A stretch of DNA of 64,000 nucleotides from Terrimicrobiaceae bacterium (GTDB lineage Bacteria > Verrucomicrobiota > Verrucomicrobiia > Chthoniobacterales > Terrimicrobiaceae): positions 164 through 64,163 of the forward strand of contig JBIIPZ010000013.1 in NCBI GenBank assembly GCA_044342325.1, read 5' to 3'. The notes under the pieces are model-generated. The model did not search any database. It was not told where the DNA came from and saw nothing but the letters and a program-made list of their open reading frames with translations. Positions within the stretch are counted from its first letter, which is position 1. The number at the start of each line of letters is the position of its first letter. Of this stretch, positions 9,556 through 19,830 are shown piece after piece. The position numbers were made by a program, and so were the translations under genes.

Positions 9556-10791
9556 ATGGCTGACTTTTCCTACAAAGCGAGTAACGCCTCGGGGACGGTG
9601 ACAACGGGAACAATCGCCGCCAATTCACGAAGCGATGCCTACCGCCTTCTACGCAACCAGGGCCTCCAACCCATGAGCGTCTCGGAAAGCGGAGGATCGG
9701 CCGCCGCCACCAAGAAAACATCGACCGCTGCAGGCAACGATCCCCTACCCCGACTGAACACAACCCAGTTGCTCTATTTCACCGAAGAACTCGCCGAACT
9801 CCTAGAGGCTGGGCTCAAGCTTGAAGGCGCACTGAAAGTCATCGAGCAGCGGCAGGAAAAATCCGGCGTCCAACCCATCGCCGCCCGCCTTCGCCAGCGA
9901 GTGCGCGACGGTTTCAGCTTTTCAGCGGCCCTGCAGGAATGTGGAAAAACCTTCGATCCGCTCTACTGCAATTTGGTGGCTGCAGGCGAGGTCTCCGGCG
10001 CGCTCCCCCAGATTCTCAAACGCCAGTGCGCCTACCTCACACTCATCGGCGACCTCCGCCGCCGCGTGGTTTCCTCCCTCCTCTATCCGGCCATCGTTTT
10101 TTCATCTGCGATTGTCCTGATGTTTGTCTTCCTGACATTTCTCGTGCCCCAGTTGTCCGTCCTCCTTGGAAAAACAGGCCAGAAACTTCCAATCATCACT
10201 CGCTTGCTCATTTCCGTAAGCGAGTTTTGTGGACAGTGGTGGTGGGCGATCCTCGCCTTCTTTGGCATCATCGTCCTTTCCGCCCGCGCGGCGGTGCGCA
10301 CTCCTGCGGGTCGGGATTGGTGGCATCGCTCGATGCTGGACTTTCCAGTTGTCGGCCCCGTCCTGCGGGCAAAATTCTACGCAGAAATGCTGCAGACCCT
10401 TTCGACACTCGTCTCAAACGGCGTTGCCCTGCTCCAAGGTCTCAACCTCATGACCTCAGCGACAATGAATGTTTTTCTCAAAGACCTTCTCATGAAAACC
10501 TCCGCCATGGTCGGAGAAGGCACCAGCCTCGCGACCGCGCTGCGGCGCGTCGGTTTTTTTCCGCCAGTGCTCATGGATATTCTGACTGTCGGCGAGCAGA
10601 CGGGCGATATCGCCACGGCTCTCGAGCGTGCAGCCAAGCGCTTCGACCGAGATCTCACCACACGCATCTCGCATCTCACCACACTCGTCCAACCGGCAAT
10701 TATTCTTTTAGTGGCATTGTTCGTTGGCATCGTTGCCTACTCGATGATCGCGGGCATCCTGACCAGCGTGAGCTCGCTGAAATCCCGATAA
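9556..10791 (+). CDS. gspF: Type II secretion platform protein GspF
   Basis: 411 aa with two GspF/PilC repeats and three TM segments. N-terminus MADFSYKASNASGTVTTGTIAANSRSDAYRLLRNQGLQPMSV is typical of the family. Confidence 0.92.
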   Translation: MADFSYKASNASGTVTTGTIAANSRSDAYRLLRNQGLQPMSVSESGGSAAATKKTSTAAGNDPLPRLNTTQLLYFTEELAELLEAGLKLEGALKVIEQRQEKSGVQPIAARLRQRVRDGFSFSAALQECGKTFDPLYCNLVAAGEVSGALPQILKRQCAYLTLIGDLRRRVVSSLLYPAIVFSSAIVLMFVFLTFLVPQLSVLLGKTGQKLPIITRLLISVSEFCGQWWWAILAFFGIIVLSARAAVRTPAGRDWWHRSMLDFPVVGPVLRAKFYAEMLQTLSTLVSNGVALLQGLNLMTSATMNVFLKDLLMKTSAMVGEGTSLATALRRVGFFPPVLMDILTVGEQTGDIATALERAAKRFDRDLTTRISHLTTLVQPAIILLVALFVGIVAYSMIAGILTSVSSLKSR

Positions 10792-10855
10792 ACTCTGGCT
10801 CGGGGGTTTTTCCCGATTGAACTCCCCGTCTGCAACCGCTAGGTAGGAGGGCGAA

Positions 10856-12391
10856 ATGCCAACAGATATTTTGCGCTCCAATCCGCTCCGCGAAGGCCTT
10901 GCTCAACGCTCGATTCCAGATCCCTGCACGCTCGTGATTTTCGGTGCCACTGGCGACCTCACGCACCGCAAACTCGTTCCGGCGCTCTACAATCTCGCCG
11001 CCGATGGGGCTCTTCCGCCTGCCATCAATGTTGTGGGATTTGCCCGCAGGGATAAGTCAGATGAGGTTTTCCGCACTGAACTTGAAGAAGCGGCACGCAA
11101 ATTCTCCCGCCAAGCCATCAATGACGACCTCTGGAAAAATTTCGCCTCGAACATCTGCTACCACCGCAGTGAATTCGACAGACTCGAAGGCTACGAGGCC
11201 CTCGCCCGCCGTCTGGATGAGATGGATGCCACCCGTGGCACCGGCGGAAACCGCCTCTTCTACCTCGCCGCAGGCCCCGACCAATTTGAGGTCATCTTGG
11301 AAAATCTCCGCAAAAGCGGCCTCAACAAATCCCGCGCAGGATCTTGGAGCCGCATCATTGTGGAAAAACCCTTCGGCACCGACCTGCCAAGCGCCAAGCG
11401 CCTGAACGATCTTGTCGAAAATGCATTCGACGAGTCTGAGACATTCCGCATCGACCACTACCTCGGCAAGGAGACTGCGCAAAACATCATCGTCCTCCGC
11501 TTCGCAAATGCCCTCTTCGAAGCGATGTGGAACTCCCGCTACATCGACCATGTCCAAATCACAGCCAGCGAACCGCTCGGCGTGGAAGGCCGCGCCGGCT
11601 ACTACGAAAAATCCGGCGCTCTCCGCGACATGGTGCAAAACCACCTTCTCCAACTCCTCTGCCTCACCGCCATGGAACCGCCCGCCGGCCTTGATGCCGA
11701 CTCGATCCGTGACGAGAAGGTGAAGGTGCTCCGCTCCCTGCGCCCACTCACGGGTGACGATGTTTTCAAGCATGTCGTCCGAGCCCAATACGGCGCGGGT
11801 TCGATCAACGGCAAGCGTGTTGCAGCCTACCGCGACGAACTTAATGTAAACCCCGAGTCCGTCACCGAGACCTATGTCGCCATGGAGCTCAATGTGGACA
11901 ACTGGCGCTGGGCGGGCGTTCCGTTTTTCATCCGCGTCGGAAAACGCCTGCCAAAAGCCGGCACCGAAATCGCCGTTCATTTCAAAAGCGTGCCGCCAGT
12001 TCTGTTCCGCGCCACGGGCGAGTCGATCGATGACAATGTGCTCGTGATCCGCATTCAGCCTGACGAGGGTATTTCCCTTCGCATGAGCGCCAAGATGCCG
12101 GGCTCCAGTCTGCGCATCGAGCCGGTCAAAATGGATTTTCACTACGGCACCAGCTTTGGAAAGGCCACTCCCGAGGCCTACGAACGCCTTCTCCTCGACG
12201 CCATGAGCGGCGACGCCACACTCTTTGCGCGTCGCGACGAGGTGGAGCAGGCTTGGAAATTCGTTGATGCCATCCACGAGGCTTGGACGACACGCTCGGA
12301 TGACCTGGCACTCTACTCCTCCGGCTCATGGGGCCCCGGAGAGGCAGACGAACTCATTAAACGCCACGAGGCCACATGGAGACGCCTGTGA
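10856..12391 (+). CDS. zwf: Glucose-6-phosphate 1-dehydrogenase
   Basis: Has the VIFGATGDLTHRKL dinucleotide motif, the RIDHYLGKE active-site motif and DMVQNHLLQ. Confidence 0.95.
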   Translation: MPTDILRSNPLREGLAQRSIPDPCTLVIFGATGDLTHRKLVPALYNLAADGALPPAINVVGFARRDKSDEVFRTELEEAARKFSRQAINDDLWKNFASNICYHRSEFDRLEGYEALARRLDEMDATRGTGGNRLFYLAAGPDQFEVILENLRKSGLNKSRAGSWSRIIVEKPFGTDLPSAKRLNDLVENAFDESETFRIDHYLGKETAQNIIVLRFANALFEAMWNSRYIDHVQITASEPLGVEGRAGYYEKSGALRDMVQNHLLQLLCLTAMEPPAGLDADSIRDEKVKVLRSLRPLTGDDVFKHVVRAQYGAGSINGKRVAAYRDELNVNPESVTETYVAMELNVDNWRWAGVPFFIRVGKRLPKAGTEIAVHFKSVPPVLFRATGESIDDNVLVIRIQPDEGISLRMSAKMPGSSLRIEPVKMDFHYGTSFGKATPEAYERLLLDAMSGDATLFARRDEVEQAWKFVDAIHEAWTTRSDDLALYSSGSWGPGEADELIKRHEATWRRL

Positions 12392-13437
12392 GCAGCGAGG
12401 CATCCATAGAACCCGGCCTCCCTGTCGAGATCGGCAGAATCGACAAGGAACTCGGCAAACTCTGGGAGTCGAGTGGCGATACCAAGACCCGTGCCTCGTT
12501 GATCAACCTCGTTGTTTACACGGAAAACGAATCCACCCTTGCCGCAGATAACGAAGTTTTGGCAGCTGTGGCCGGACGCCACCCCTGCCGCGCCATCCTT
12601 ATCCTTGGCAACCCGTCGGCTCCAACCGCCCAAGCCAAAGCCTGGATCACCGCGCATTGCCACCTTCTCGGCAAGGACACACGCCAGATTTGCTCCGAGC
12701 AGATCACTTTCCGCTTGGATGGCGACGCCGCAAATGCCCTGCCGAACATCGTTTTCTCGCATCTGGATTCCGACCTCCCGCTCTGTCTCTGGTGGAAGGC
12801 CGACTTCCCCGAGCCACTCGATGAAAAACTCTGGGCTTGGGTGGACCGCCTTATCTTTGACAGCAGCTCCTGGCACAAACCCCATCACCAGTTTTCCATT
12901 ATCCGCCATATTTCCTCACCAGGGAAAAGTGCAGCCGTGCTGTGCGATCTGAATTGGACGCGCCTCCACGCATGGCGCTTTGCACTCGCAAGCCAGTTTG
13001 ACAACGCCTCTGCCTTTCCGCACCTGAGCCAAGTAGAGTCCCTCGCCCTCTGCTGCGCCCCGGGCTCTCGCATCGCCGCGCTCCTCCTCATGGGCTGGCT
13101 TGCTGGCCGCTTAAAATGGCGTCTGGATGCTGAGAATGAATCTTTCGTCACCACGAACGACCGACTCATTCCTTTCCACATCGAGGAAACACCAGGGCCA
13201 GACCTCTCACTCATCTCGATCAAAACCTCCGACGCACACTTCGAGCTCCGGCTCGCAGAAGGCTCCGATTTTTTCGAGTCCACTATCCAAACACCCGGCA
13301 TCCCTGAGATTTGCCAAATCCTCCCCGCACCGCGCGGACGATTGGAAGACACCCTGCTGGCGGAGTTAAGCCGCGCGGGAAGGCATGCCCTCTACACCGA
13401 GTCGCTGGAAGTTATCCTTCCCTTGCTGAAGCGGTAA
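12376..13437 (+). CDS. opcA: OpcA-like glucose-6-phosphate dehydrogenase assembly protein
   Basis: Overlaps the zwf stop by 16 nt. The N-terminal region (IDKELGKLWESSGDTKTRASLINLVVY) resembles OpcA. The assignment rests on context plus that resemblance. Confidence 0.6.
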   Translation: METPVSSEASIEPGLPVEIGRIDKELGKLWESSGDTKTRASLINLVVYTENESTLAADNEVLAAVAGRHPCRAILILGNPSAPTAQAKAWITAHCHLLGKDTRQICSEQITFRLDGDAANALPNIVFSHLDSDLPLCLWWKADFPEPLDEKLWAWVDRLIFDSSSWHKPHHQFSIIRHISSPGKSAAVLCDLNWTRLHAWRFALASQFDNASAFPHLSQVESLALCCAPGSRIAALLLMGWLAGRLKWRLDAENESFVTTNDRLIPFHIEETPGPDLSLISIKTSDAHFELRLAEGSDFFESTIQTPGIPEICQILPAPRGRLEDTLLAELSRAGRHALYTESLEVILPLLKR

Positions 13438-13452
13438 AGCAGTCCAAATATT

Positions 13453-15174
13453 ATGGAAGTCTTTATCAGGGTCCTACCCTATGTCAGGCGCTACCCGTTT
13501 CTCGCTTTTGCCACCCTCTTCTGCGCGGTAGCGGGCACCCTCATGGTGATTGTCTTTCCGGCGATCACTCAGCAGATCGTCGATCAAGTCATCGGTCAAA
13601 ACCGCCCCGACCTCCTGCTGCCGCTCGTGGGACTCGGCCTCGCGGCCTTCCTGGCACAGAACGGCCTCAACTCGCTTCGCATCTTCTTCAATAACCACTT
13701 CGAGCAATGCGTCATTTTTGACCTCCGCAGCGAACTCTACGCACACATCCAGCGTCTCCCGCTCACCTGGTTCGACAACCGCTCGACGGGCGACATCATG
13801 ACACGCCTCGTTGAAGATGTGACCAGCGTCGAGCGCGTGCTGATTGACGGCATCGAGCAAGGCACTGTAGCCATCCTGCAAATCTTGATCGTCAGCGGCG
13901 TCATGCTGGCCTACAGCCCGTCGCTCACCGCAGCCGTCCTCCTTCCGATTCCATTCTTGGGAGCCGGTGCCCTTGCCTACACGCTCACTGCCCGCAGCCG
14001 CTATCGTAAGCAACGCAAGGCCGTCTCTGCCCTCAATTCCCTCCTCCACGACAACATCGCCGGCGTCCGCCAAATCAAAACCTACACAAGCGAAACACGC
14101 GAACACGCCCGCTTTGACGAAGCCAGCAATGGCGTTCGCAAGGCCACCCTCACCGTGATGAAAGCCTGGGCGCTCTACCAACCCGGGATGGAATTCATTT
14201 CCTCCTGCGGACTCCTCCTCGTCGCCGGCTTCGGCACATCCCAAGTCATCTCGGGCAAAATGGACACCGGCGCCTTGGTCGCATTTTTCGTCCTCACCCG
14301 CTACCTCTACGAGCCCGTGGGACGCCTCCACCAACTGAACCAGATCTTCCAGTCCGGCCGCGCCGCAGGCGATCGAGTGTTTGAAATCATGGATTCGGAA
14401 ACCGAACCTGATGAGGGAACAAACAAGGCCACCACCAGCGTGAAGGGCCATGTCGTTTACCGCGATGTCTCGTTTTCCTATGACCCCAAGATGCCCGTCC
14501 TTCACGATGTGAATCTGGAAGCCAAATCCGGCGAGATGATTGCCCTTGTCGGACCCACGGGCGCCGGCAAATCCACCATCGTGAACCTGCTTGTCCGCTT
14601 CTACGAATTCACCAGCGGAGAAATCACCATCGACGGCACACCGCTCCGCGATATCCCAAAATCCCACCTCCGCCACAGCATCGCCGTCGTGACCCAAGAG
14701 AGCTTCATGTTCAACGGCACCACCGCCGAAAACCTCCGCATCGGAAAACCTGATGCCACTGAGGAGCAAATCTGGGAAGTCCTCCGCGCCGCCAACGCCG
14801 CTGATTTCATCAAGCGCCTCCCCGAAGGCCTCCACACCCCGCTCGGGGAACGCGGAGTTAAACTCAGTGTCGGCGAGAAACAACGCCTCTCCATCGCCCG
14901 CGCCCTCCTCAAAAATCCGCCTATCCTCATCCTCGACGAAGCCACAGCCAGCGTGGATACAGCCACCGAGCGACTCATCCAAGAAGCCCTCGACCGCCTC
15001 ATGGAAAACCGCACCAGCTTCGTCATAGCCCACCGCCTCTCCACCGTCCGCCACGCCGACCAAATCCTCGTCCTCGAGCGCGGATGCATCACCGAACGAG
15101 GTCGCCACACAGACCTACTCGCCCGAGGCGGCCTCTACGCCGAACTCTGCAAAAGCAGTCTCATCGAAAACTAA
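13453..15174 (+). CDS. ABC exporter, fused permease/ATPase (MsbA-like)
   Basis: Six-TM N-terminal half, Walker A GPTGAGKST, signature LSVGEKQR, Walker B ILILDEATS. Confidence 0.9.
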   Translation: MEVFIRVLPYVRRYPFLAFATLFCAVAGTLMVIVFPAITQQIVDQVIGQNRPDLLLPLVGLGLAAFLAQNGLNSLRIFFNNHFEQCVIFDLRSELYAHIQRLPLTWFDNRSTGDIMTRLVEDVTSVERVLIDGIEQGTVAILQILIVSGVMLAYSPSLTAAVLLPIPFLGAGALAYTLTARSRYRKQRKAVSALNSLLHDNIAGVRQIKTYTSETREHARFDEASNGVRKATLTVMKAWALYQPGMEFISSCGLLLVAGFGTSQVISGKMDTGALVAFFVLTRYLYEPVGRLHQLNQIFQSGRAAGDRVFEIMDSETEPDEGTNKATTSVKGHVVYRDVSFSYDPKMPVLHDVNLEAKSGEMIALVGPTGAGKSTIVNLLVRFYEFTSGEITIDGTPLRDIPKSHLRHSIAVVTQESFMFNGTTAENLRIGKPDATEEQIWEVLRAANAADFIKRLPEGLHTPLGERGVKLSVGEKQRLSIARALLKNPPILILDEATASVDTATERLIQEALDRLMENRTSFVIAHRLSTVRHADQILVLERGCITERGRHTDLLARGGLYAELCKSSLIEN

Positions 15175-15228
15175 AAGAACCACCCCCGGCAAAATGGCCG
15201 CCCTCGAGTTCAGGCAGTAAAAAGGAAA

Positions 15229-15909
15229 TCAGATCTCGATGGTTGAACCGATAGCGGGGAGGAGCAGCTCAAGCCCCTCGTGAGCGAAGGCCGCCTGCGC
15301 CGCGGTCGTATCGATTTGAATAGGCGGGAAAGTGTTGTAGTGGACACCGACCACTTTTTTCGCGCCGCAGAGTTTGGCAGCTTTGATAGCATCAGCAGTC
15401 CCCATGGTGAAGGTGTCGCCTATGGGGAGCACGGCGAAGCGAAGGGCAAATTCCTCCGCGATGAGATTCATGTCGAGAGTGAGCGCCGTATCACCAGCAT
15501 AGTAAAAGGAACCCTCCGGCGTCTCCACGACGAATCCTGCGGGATTTCCTCCATAGCTGCCATCCGGGAGCGAGCTGGAGTGGATGGCGTTGACCATTTT
15601 GGCTTTTCCACATGGCAGGGCGACAGTGCCGCCGTGGTTCATGGGTTGTGCGTTTGAGATGCCTTGACGGCCTAACCAGTCGGCAATTTCCCAGTTTGCG
15701 ACAACCTTGGCCCCGGTCTGGCGTGCGAGTGCAACCGCATCGGCAACATGGTCTGCATGGCCGTGGGATATCAAAATCACATCGGCTTGGATTTTTGCGA
15801 CATCGACTGAGGCGGCCAAGGGATTTGGAGTAATGAATGGGTCAAACAACAAGCGGGATCCGCTCGACTCAATGAGGAAACAGGAATGTCCGAAATAGGT
15901 GAGTTTCAT
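15229..15909 (-). CDS. Metal-dependent hydrolase, MBL fold (UPF0173-like)
   Basis: MKLTYFGHSCFLIESSG...ILISHGHADHV motif. Start taken at the internal ATG at 15909. Confidence 0.75.
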   Translation of the reverse strand: MKLTYFGHSCFLIESSGSRLLFDPFITPNPLAASVDVAKIQADVILISHGHADHVADAVALARQTGAKVVANWEIADWLGRQGISNAQPMNHGGTVALPCGKAKMVNAIHSSSLPDGSYGGNPAGFVVETPEGSFYYAGDTALTLDMNLIAEEFALRFAVLPIGDTFTMGTADAIKAAKLCGAKKVVGVHYNTFPPIQIDTTAAQAAFAHEGLELLLPAIGSTIEI

Positions 15910-15950
15910 AGCACGCAAAGCAAACCACAATGAAGCCTAGCGTGCAAAGG

Positions 15951-16889
15951 CTACTCTCTGGCCAGAGCGACGCTAAAACCATTATGAGCCAATCCGGCCA
16001 ACTCATCTCTGGTGAAGGAAATTTTCTCAGCCAAAAGCAGGTATTCGTCCTCGAGACTATTACCGAAGCTGATCGGATCATCCGTGCTGATCGTGCAAAC
16101 GATGCCGGCATCAAGAAGGCGGCGGATGGGGTGTTGATCCGCGGCAGGCACTACGCCGAGCTTCACATTGCTGACAGGGCACACATCGAGTGCGATACCG
16201 CGTTCACGCAGAAGGTCGAGCACCACCGGATCCTCGACGGCCCGGACACCATGCTCGATGCGCTGCGCTCCGAGTTTTTCCACGACATGGCGTATGAAAT
16301 CCGGACCGCAGAACTCTCCAGCATGCGCTTTGGTGAACTTTCCAGCATCCCTCGCCCGGCGCCAGTAGCTTTCAGCCCAATCCCCGAGAGGCGCAGGTTC
16401 TGCCCCGTGGAGGTCGATCCCATCCAGACTTGGCCAAGCGAGGGCGTCTTCAAGTATGGGAGCCATTTTTTGAGTGTAGCCATCATGGTGAATGCCTAAA
16501 AAAATCCGCACCTCAAGCCCTGCTGGCACGGCGGAGCGGATGGCTTCGCAGACCTCGCGGCCGTCGAGGTTCATAAAGTCGATACAACCCGAGGCGAAGC
16601 TCACCTCCATGTAGCGGATGTTCCGTGCGAGGCGGTCGGCAAAGACAGCGCAGGCGCACTCGTGGTAGCGCGCGGGGGAAGTGAAAAAATCCCCGACGTA
16701 ACCAAGAAGCTCGGATTCGAAGTGGGCAAAGTCGCGGAAGCGGAAATCCGGCGCCCATGAGGCAGGCACGCTCTGGTATTTCCCTGGATTCGCGGCTTGG
16801 AGGAGCGGCCAAGGCAGAGCGCCTTCGATATGAAGGTGGGTTTCCGTTTTCGGCAGGGATTTAATGAATTCGAGAAGACTAACTTCCAT
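15951..16889 (-). CDS. Adenosine/AMP deaminase-fold amidohydrolase
   Basis: LPKTETHLHIEG, AHAGE, RIEHG, CPVSN and STDDP motifs. Start at ATG 16889, 4 nt downstream of the preceding GT4 stop. Confidence 0.75.
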   Translation of the reverse strand: MEVSLLEFIKSLPKTETHLHIEGALPWPLLQAANPGKYQSVPASWAPDFRFRDFAHFESELLGYVGDFFTSPARYHECACAVFADRLARNIRYMEVSFASGCIDFMNLDGREVCEAIRSAVPAGLEVRIFLGIHHDGYTQKMAPILEDALAWPSLDGIDLHGAEPAPLGDWAESYWRRARDAGKFTKAHAGEFCGPDFIRHVVEKLGAQRIEHGVRAVEDPVVLDLLRERGIALDVCPVSNVKLGVVPAADQHPIRRLLDAGIVCTISTDDPISFGNSLEDEYLLLAEKISFTRDELAGLAHNGFSVALARE

Positions 16890-16893
16890 TTTT

Positions 16894-18075
16894 TTAGTGG
16901 AGCAAAGAGCGCAGCATTTCCTCGAAGTCCGCAGCAGCATTTTGACTGGTGGTCGAGGCTCCCGCAATTCGGGCGCGGCGGCAGGCAGCGGCATGGGCCA
17001 CAGGGTCCGAGGCCCAATCGAGCAGGATACCTGCGAGGTCGCTCGGCTTCGAGGGATCGATGACAAGCCCGGCATCCTGCTCGGAAATCAACCGCGCAGC
17101 CTCCGAGTCCGCCGGACCGATGAAAAGGCAGGGACGCCCTGCGGCAAGCACCCCGTAAACTTTGCTGGGAACCACAAGGCCGCAGAGGTTCGGCCGCATG
17201 GTGACGAGGTGGGCATCCCCCGCTGAGAGGCTTTCCGAGAGTTTGGCCGCAGGCTGGGAAGGCAAGAACCTGATATTTGTGAGACCCTTTGCAGCGGCGG
17301 CGCGCTGCACCTCCGAGCGTCGAGGTCCGTCGCCGATCATGAGAAACACGATATGCCGATCTTCGAGAATTTCGGCAGCCTTGAGCACGGCGTCGAAATC
17401 ATGGCCCAAACCCATGTTTCCCGAATAAACGACCACAAAGTCTCCTTCGAGGTGATTTTCACGGCGGAAGGGATTGTTTTTATGGTCAATCGGCATCACA
17501 GGAGGCGCCCAGTTCGAAATATTGAAAATGCGTGCATAGGAAACGCCACGCTGGACGAGGCGGGCAGTCATGCAGCGACCGATGGAGACCACAGCATCGC
17601 AGCGCATCAACGACTGACTGGAAAACCAGCGCAGCAAGGCCACAAGCGGTTTTCCTTTCGGCAGGACACCCAGTTCCTCGGCCACCTCGGGATAGAGATC
17701 CTGCGCCCAGTGAATGACCTTGTTGCGCTTGAAAAAACCAATCATCGGCCCCAAGACGGCAAGCATAGGGGGGTCTGTCATGGTCACAACGAAGTCTGTG
17801 CGTGGAAGAAGCAGAGCGCGGGCGAGCAACCAGGGGATCATCACTAAATAACTTGCCGCACGCAGGATCACGCTGCGGCGCGAAAGCACTGCTCCGGCCC
17901 GGTTGATTCGAACGCCGCGCCGGGTTGCGACCTTCGGCTCGCCGGTTTCGCCTGTGGTCAAAACGGAAACCTCCCACCCCCGCGTGGCGAGCGCCTCGGC
18001 GATGTCGCGCAGCATTTCTCCCGTCGCACCGGATGCGGGGGGATAGACACGATTGATGAAGAGGATGGATGGCAT
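16894..18075 (-). CDS. Glycosyltransferase family 4 (GT-B)
   Basis: MPSILFINRVYPPASGATG N-terminus and a C-terminal GT1/GT4 nucleotide-sugar binding region. Confidence 0.8.
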   Translation of the reverse strand: MPSILFINRVYPPASGATGEMLRDIAEALATRGWEVSVLTTGETGEPKVATRRGVRINRAGAVLSRRSVILRAASYLVMIPWLLARALLLPRTDFVVTMTDPPMLAVLGPMIGFFKRNKVIHWAQDLYPEVAEELGVLPKGKPLVALLRWFSSQSLMRCDAVVSIGRCMTARLVQRGVSYARIFNISNWAPPVMPIDHKNNPFRRENHLEGDFVVVYSGNMGLGHDFDAVLKAAEILEDRHIVFLMIGDGPRRSEVQRAAAAKGLTNIRFLPSQPAAKLSESLSAGDAHLVTMRPNLCGLVVPSKVYGVLAAGRPCLFIGPADSEAARLISEQDAGLVIDPSKPSDLAGILLDWASDPVAHAAACRRARIAGASTTSQNAAADFEEMLRSLLH

Positions 18076-18079
18076 GGAA

Positions 18080-18703
18080 TTAGCGGTCGTCGGCCGAGGA
18101 GACTTTTTTAACCCATGGAGTGATGCCATGGAATATCCAATACGCTGGGATTTTCCACATTTCGATCCGGGCCCACTCGTCCTCTTGATCTCGTCCTCGC
18201 GGCGTATCCCACCATCCGATTCGGGAGGTGGTGACGCCGAATTCGATTCCGGGGATGCGTTGCTGGAAGGTGGCTAAGGCACGGCGGGCATGGAATGAAG
18301 AGGTCACCAACAAGACGCGCCGCACACCGGCGGCTTCGAGCAGGGGCTTGGCTAAGTCGGCGTTCTCCAGAGTGGACTTCGATTCCTTTTCAATGGTTAT
18401 GCGATCCGCAGGCACTCCACCGCTCAAAAGAGCTCGGCGATTGGTTTCGTGGTCGCCCGTGCCAATGATAAAAACTTTTGAAGCCACACCATCGCGGTAA
18501 AGCCTGGCTGCGGCGACTGGACGCGCCTGCGACTCGCCGCCGAGGACAAGAATGGCATCGGCTTGAGGAATCGGCGACTCGATGACGAGAAGACTGCGCC
18601 AGACTTTTGAAAACCAGACTGGATAGCCCGATACGACGGCGGCGACGAGAACACATGCAAGAGTAACCGCGCAAAAAGCCAGAGTGCGCAGAAGCGGCTT
18701 CAT
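18080..18703 (-). CDS. DUF218 (YdcF/ElyC-like) membrane-anchored protein
   Basis: N-terminal TM segment followed by ADAILVLGGES...VFIIGTG...LLVTSSFHARRA, which are DUF218 signatures. Confidence 0.7.
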   Translation of the reverse strand: MKPLLRTLAFCAVTLACVLVAAVVSGYPVWFSKVWRSLLVIESPIPQADAILVLGGESQARPVAAARLYRDGVASKVFIIGTGDHETNRRALLSGGVPADRITIEKESKSTLENADLAKPLLEAAGVRRVLLVTSSFHARRALATFQQRIPGIEFGVTTSRIGWWDTPRGRDQEDEWARIEMWKIPAYWIFHGITPWVKKVSSADDR

Positions 18704-19830
18704 CCCAACTTCGAGGCAGCCTCCGCGAGAAGGGCTTCGTAATCCCTGACACGGTCGGGCAGATTGAATGCGAGGGCCTTTGAAAGCGATGCGCGCCGCA
18801 TGCGAAGGAGTGAGTCGCTGTCAGTCAGTATGGAGCGAAGACTGAGGCCGAAGGCCTGCGGCGTGAGATCGCAGAAAAAGCCGTTTGTGCCGTCATCGAT
18901 CACATCGCTCAACCCGCCAATGCGGCTGCCCACGATAGCCAAACCATGCCTGAGCGCTTCAATTCCCGCCATAGGAAGTCCTTCGGAAGTCGATGTCATG
19001 AGGAGAACATCCGCCATGCCGAGGCGTTTGGAAACCTCCTCCCCCGCAAGCCAACCCGAAAAGGTGACGCGATCCTCCAGAGCGCATGAGCGCACGAGAT
19101 TCCGCATCGCCTCGGAGAGCGGACCTTCGCCGATAACCTCAAAGTGCCACGGCAGGTTTTTGACGAGCTCGAGAGCTTGAATCGCGAGAAGGGGATTTTT
19201 TTGAACGCTCAAGCGCCCAAGCATGACGATGCGCGGTGGTCTGCCCGCTTGGAGAGTCGATGGCGGGGGAATCATGGGAACCCCGTTGAGAATCACTTTG
19301 GCTCGGACACCGCAATTTTTTGCGGCGAGGTCAGCCACAAATCCGCTCACGGCAGTGACTGCGGCGGCTTTTTTCCAGATCGGTTGAATGAACGGCCCAA
19401 GAACCCGGAAGAGGGGGTCTGTTTGCTCTGGCACGCCACCGGGCACATCTCCGAGGTGGGCTGTGAGCACATAGGGGATGCCGGTGAGTTGGTGCAGGGC
19501 GAAAGCCAATGCGCCGGTGGGAACGACAAAGTGGGCGTGAATGACATCAGGCTTCCAAGTGCGGCAGAGATTCCAGGCAGGGAAGAAGGCTGTGAGAAGA
19601 TAAAGCGCCATCTCCGGCACCGAGCAGGTGTCCTCACGCCTGCGGAAAGACTGCGGGCGGAGAACAGTGACTCCATTGACCACCGCCTCGCGGGGCAGGT
19701 GGCGCAGACCGGCTGAGATAACCCGCACCTCGTGACAGCTCTGCACAAGCCCCTCGGCGACGGATGCCGCCACTCGTCCCCCACCCCCGCCTACTGGGGG
19801 ATATTCGTAGCAGAGGACGAGAATTTTCAT
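18700..19830 (-). CDS. Glycosyltransferase family 4
   Basis: MKILVLCYEYPPVGGGGGR N-terminus and an EGLPMAGIEALRHGLAIV E-x7-E type region. Confidence 0.85.
   Translation of the reverse strand: MKILVLCYEYPPVGGGGGRVAASVAEGLVQSCHEVRVISAGLRHLPREAVVNGVTVLRPQSFRRREDTCSVPEMALYLLTAFFPAWNLCRTWKPDVIHAHFVVPTGALAFALHQLTGIPYVLTAHLGDVPGGVPEQTDPLFRVLGPFIQPIWKKAAAVTAVSGFVADLAAKNCGVRAKVILNGVPMIPPPSTLQAGRPPRIVMLGRLSVQKNPLLAIQALELVKNLPWHFEVIGEGPLSEAMRNLVRSCALEDRVTFSGWLAGEEVSKRLGMADVLLMTSTSEGLPMAGIEALRHGLAIVGSRIGGLSDVIDDGTNGFFCDLTPQAFGLSLRSILTDSDSLLRMRRASLSKALAFNLPDRVRDYEALLAEAASKLG

Noticed and set aside
9939-10820. 293-aa Arg/Pro-rich ORF in an alternative + frame
   Set aside because: It lies entirely inside gspF. 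Its low-complexity Arg/Pro composition is characteristic of an off-frame reading of GC-rich coding DNA.
11057-12277. 406-aa ORF on the minus strand
   Set aside because: It is antisense to zwf, which has unmistakable G6PD motifs. Shadow ORF.
13474-15108. 544-aa ORF on the minus strand
   Set aside because: It is antisense to the ABC exporter, whose + frame carries Walker A/B and the signature motif. The minus ORF is a Gly/Ala/Asp/Glu-rich shadow typical of high-GC DNA.
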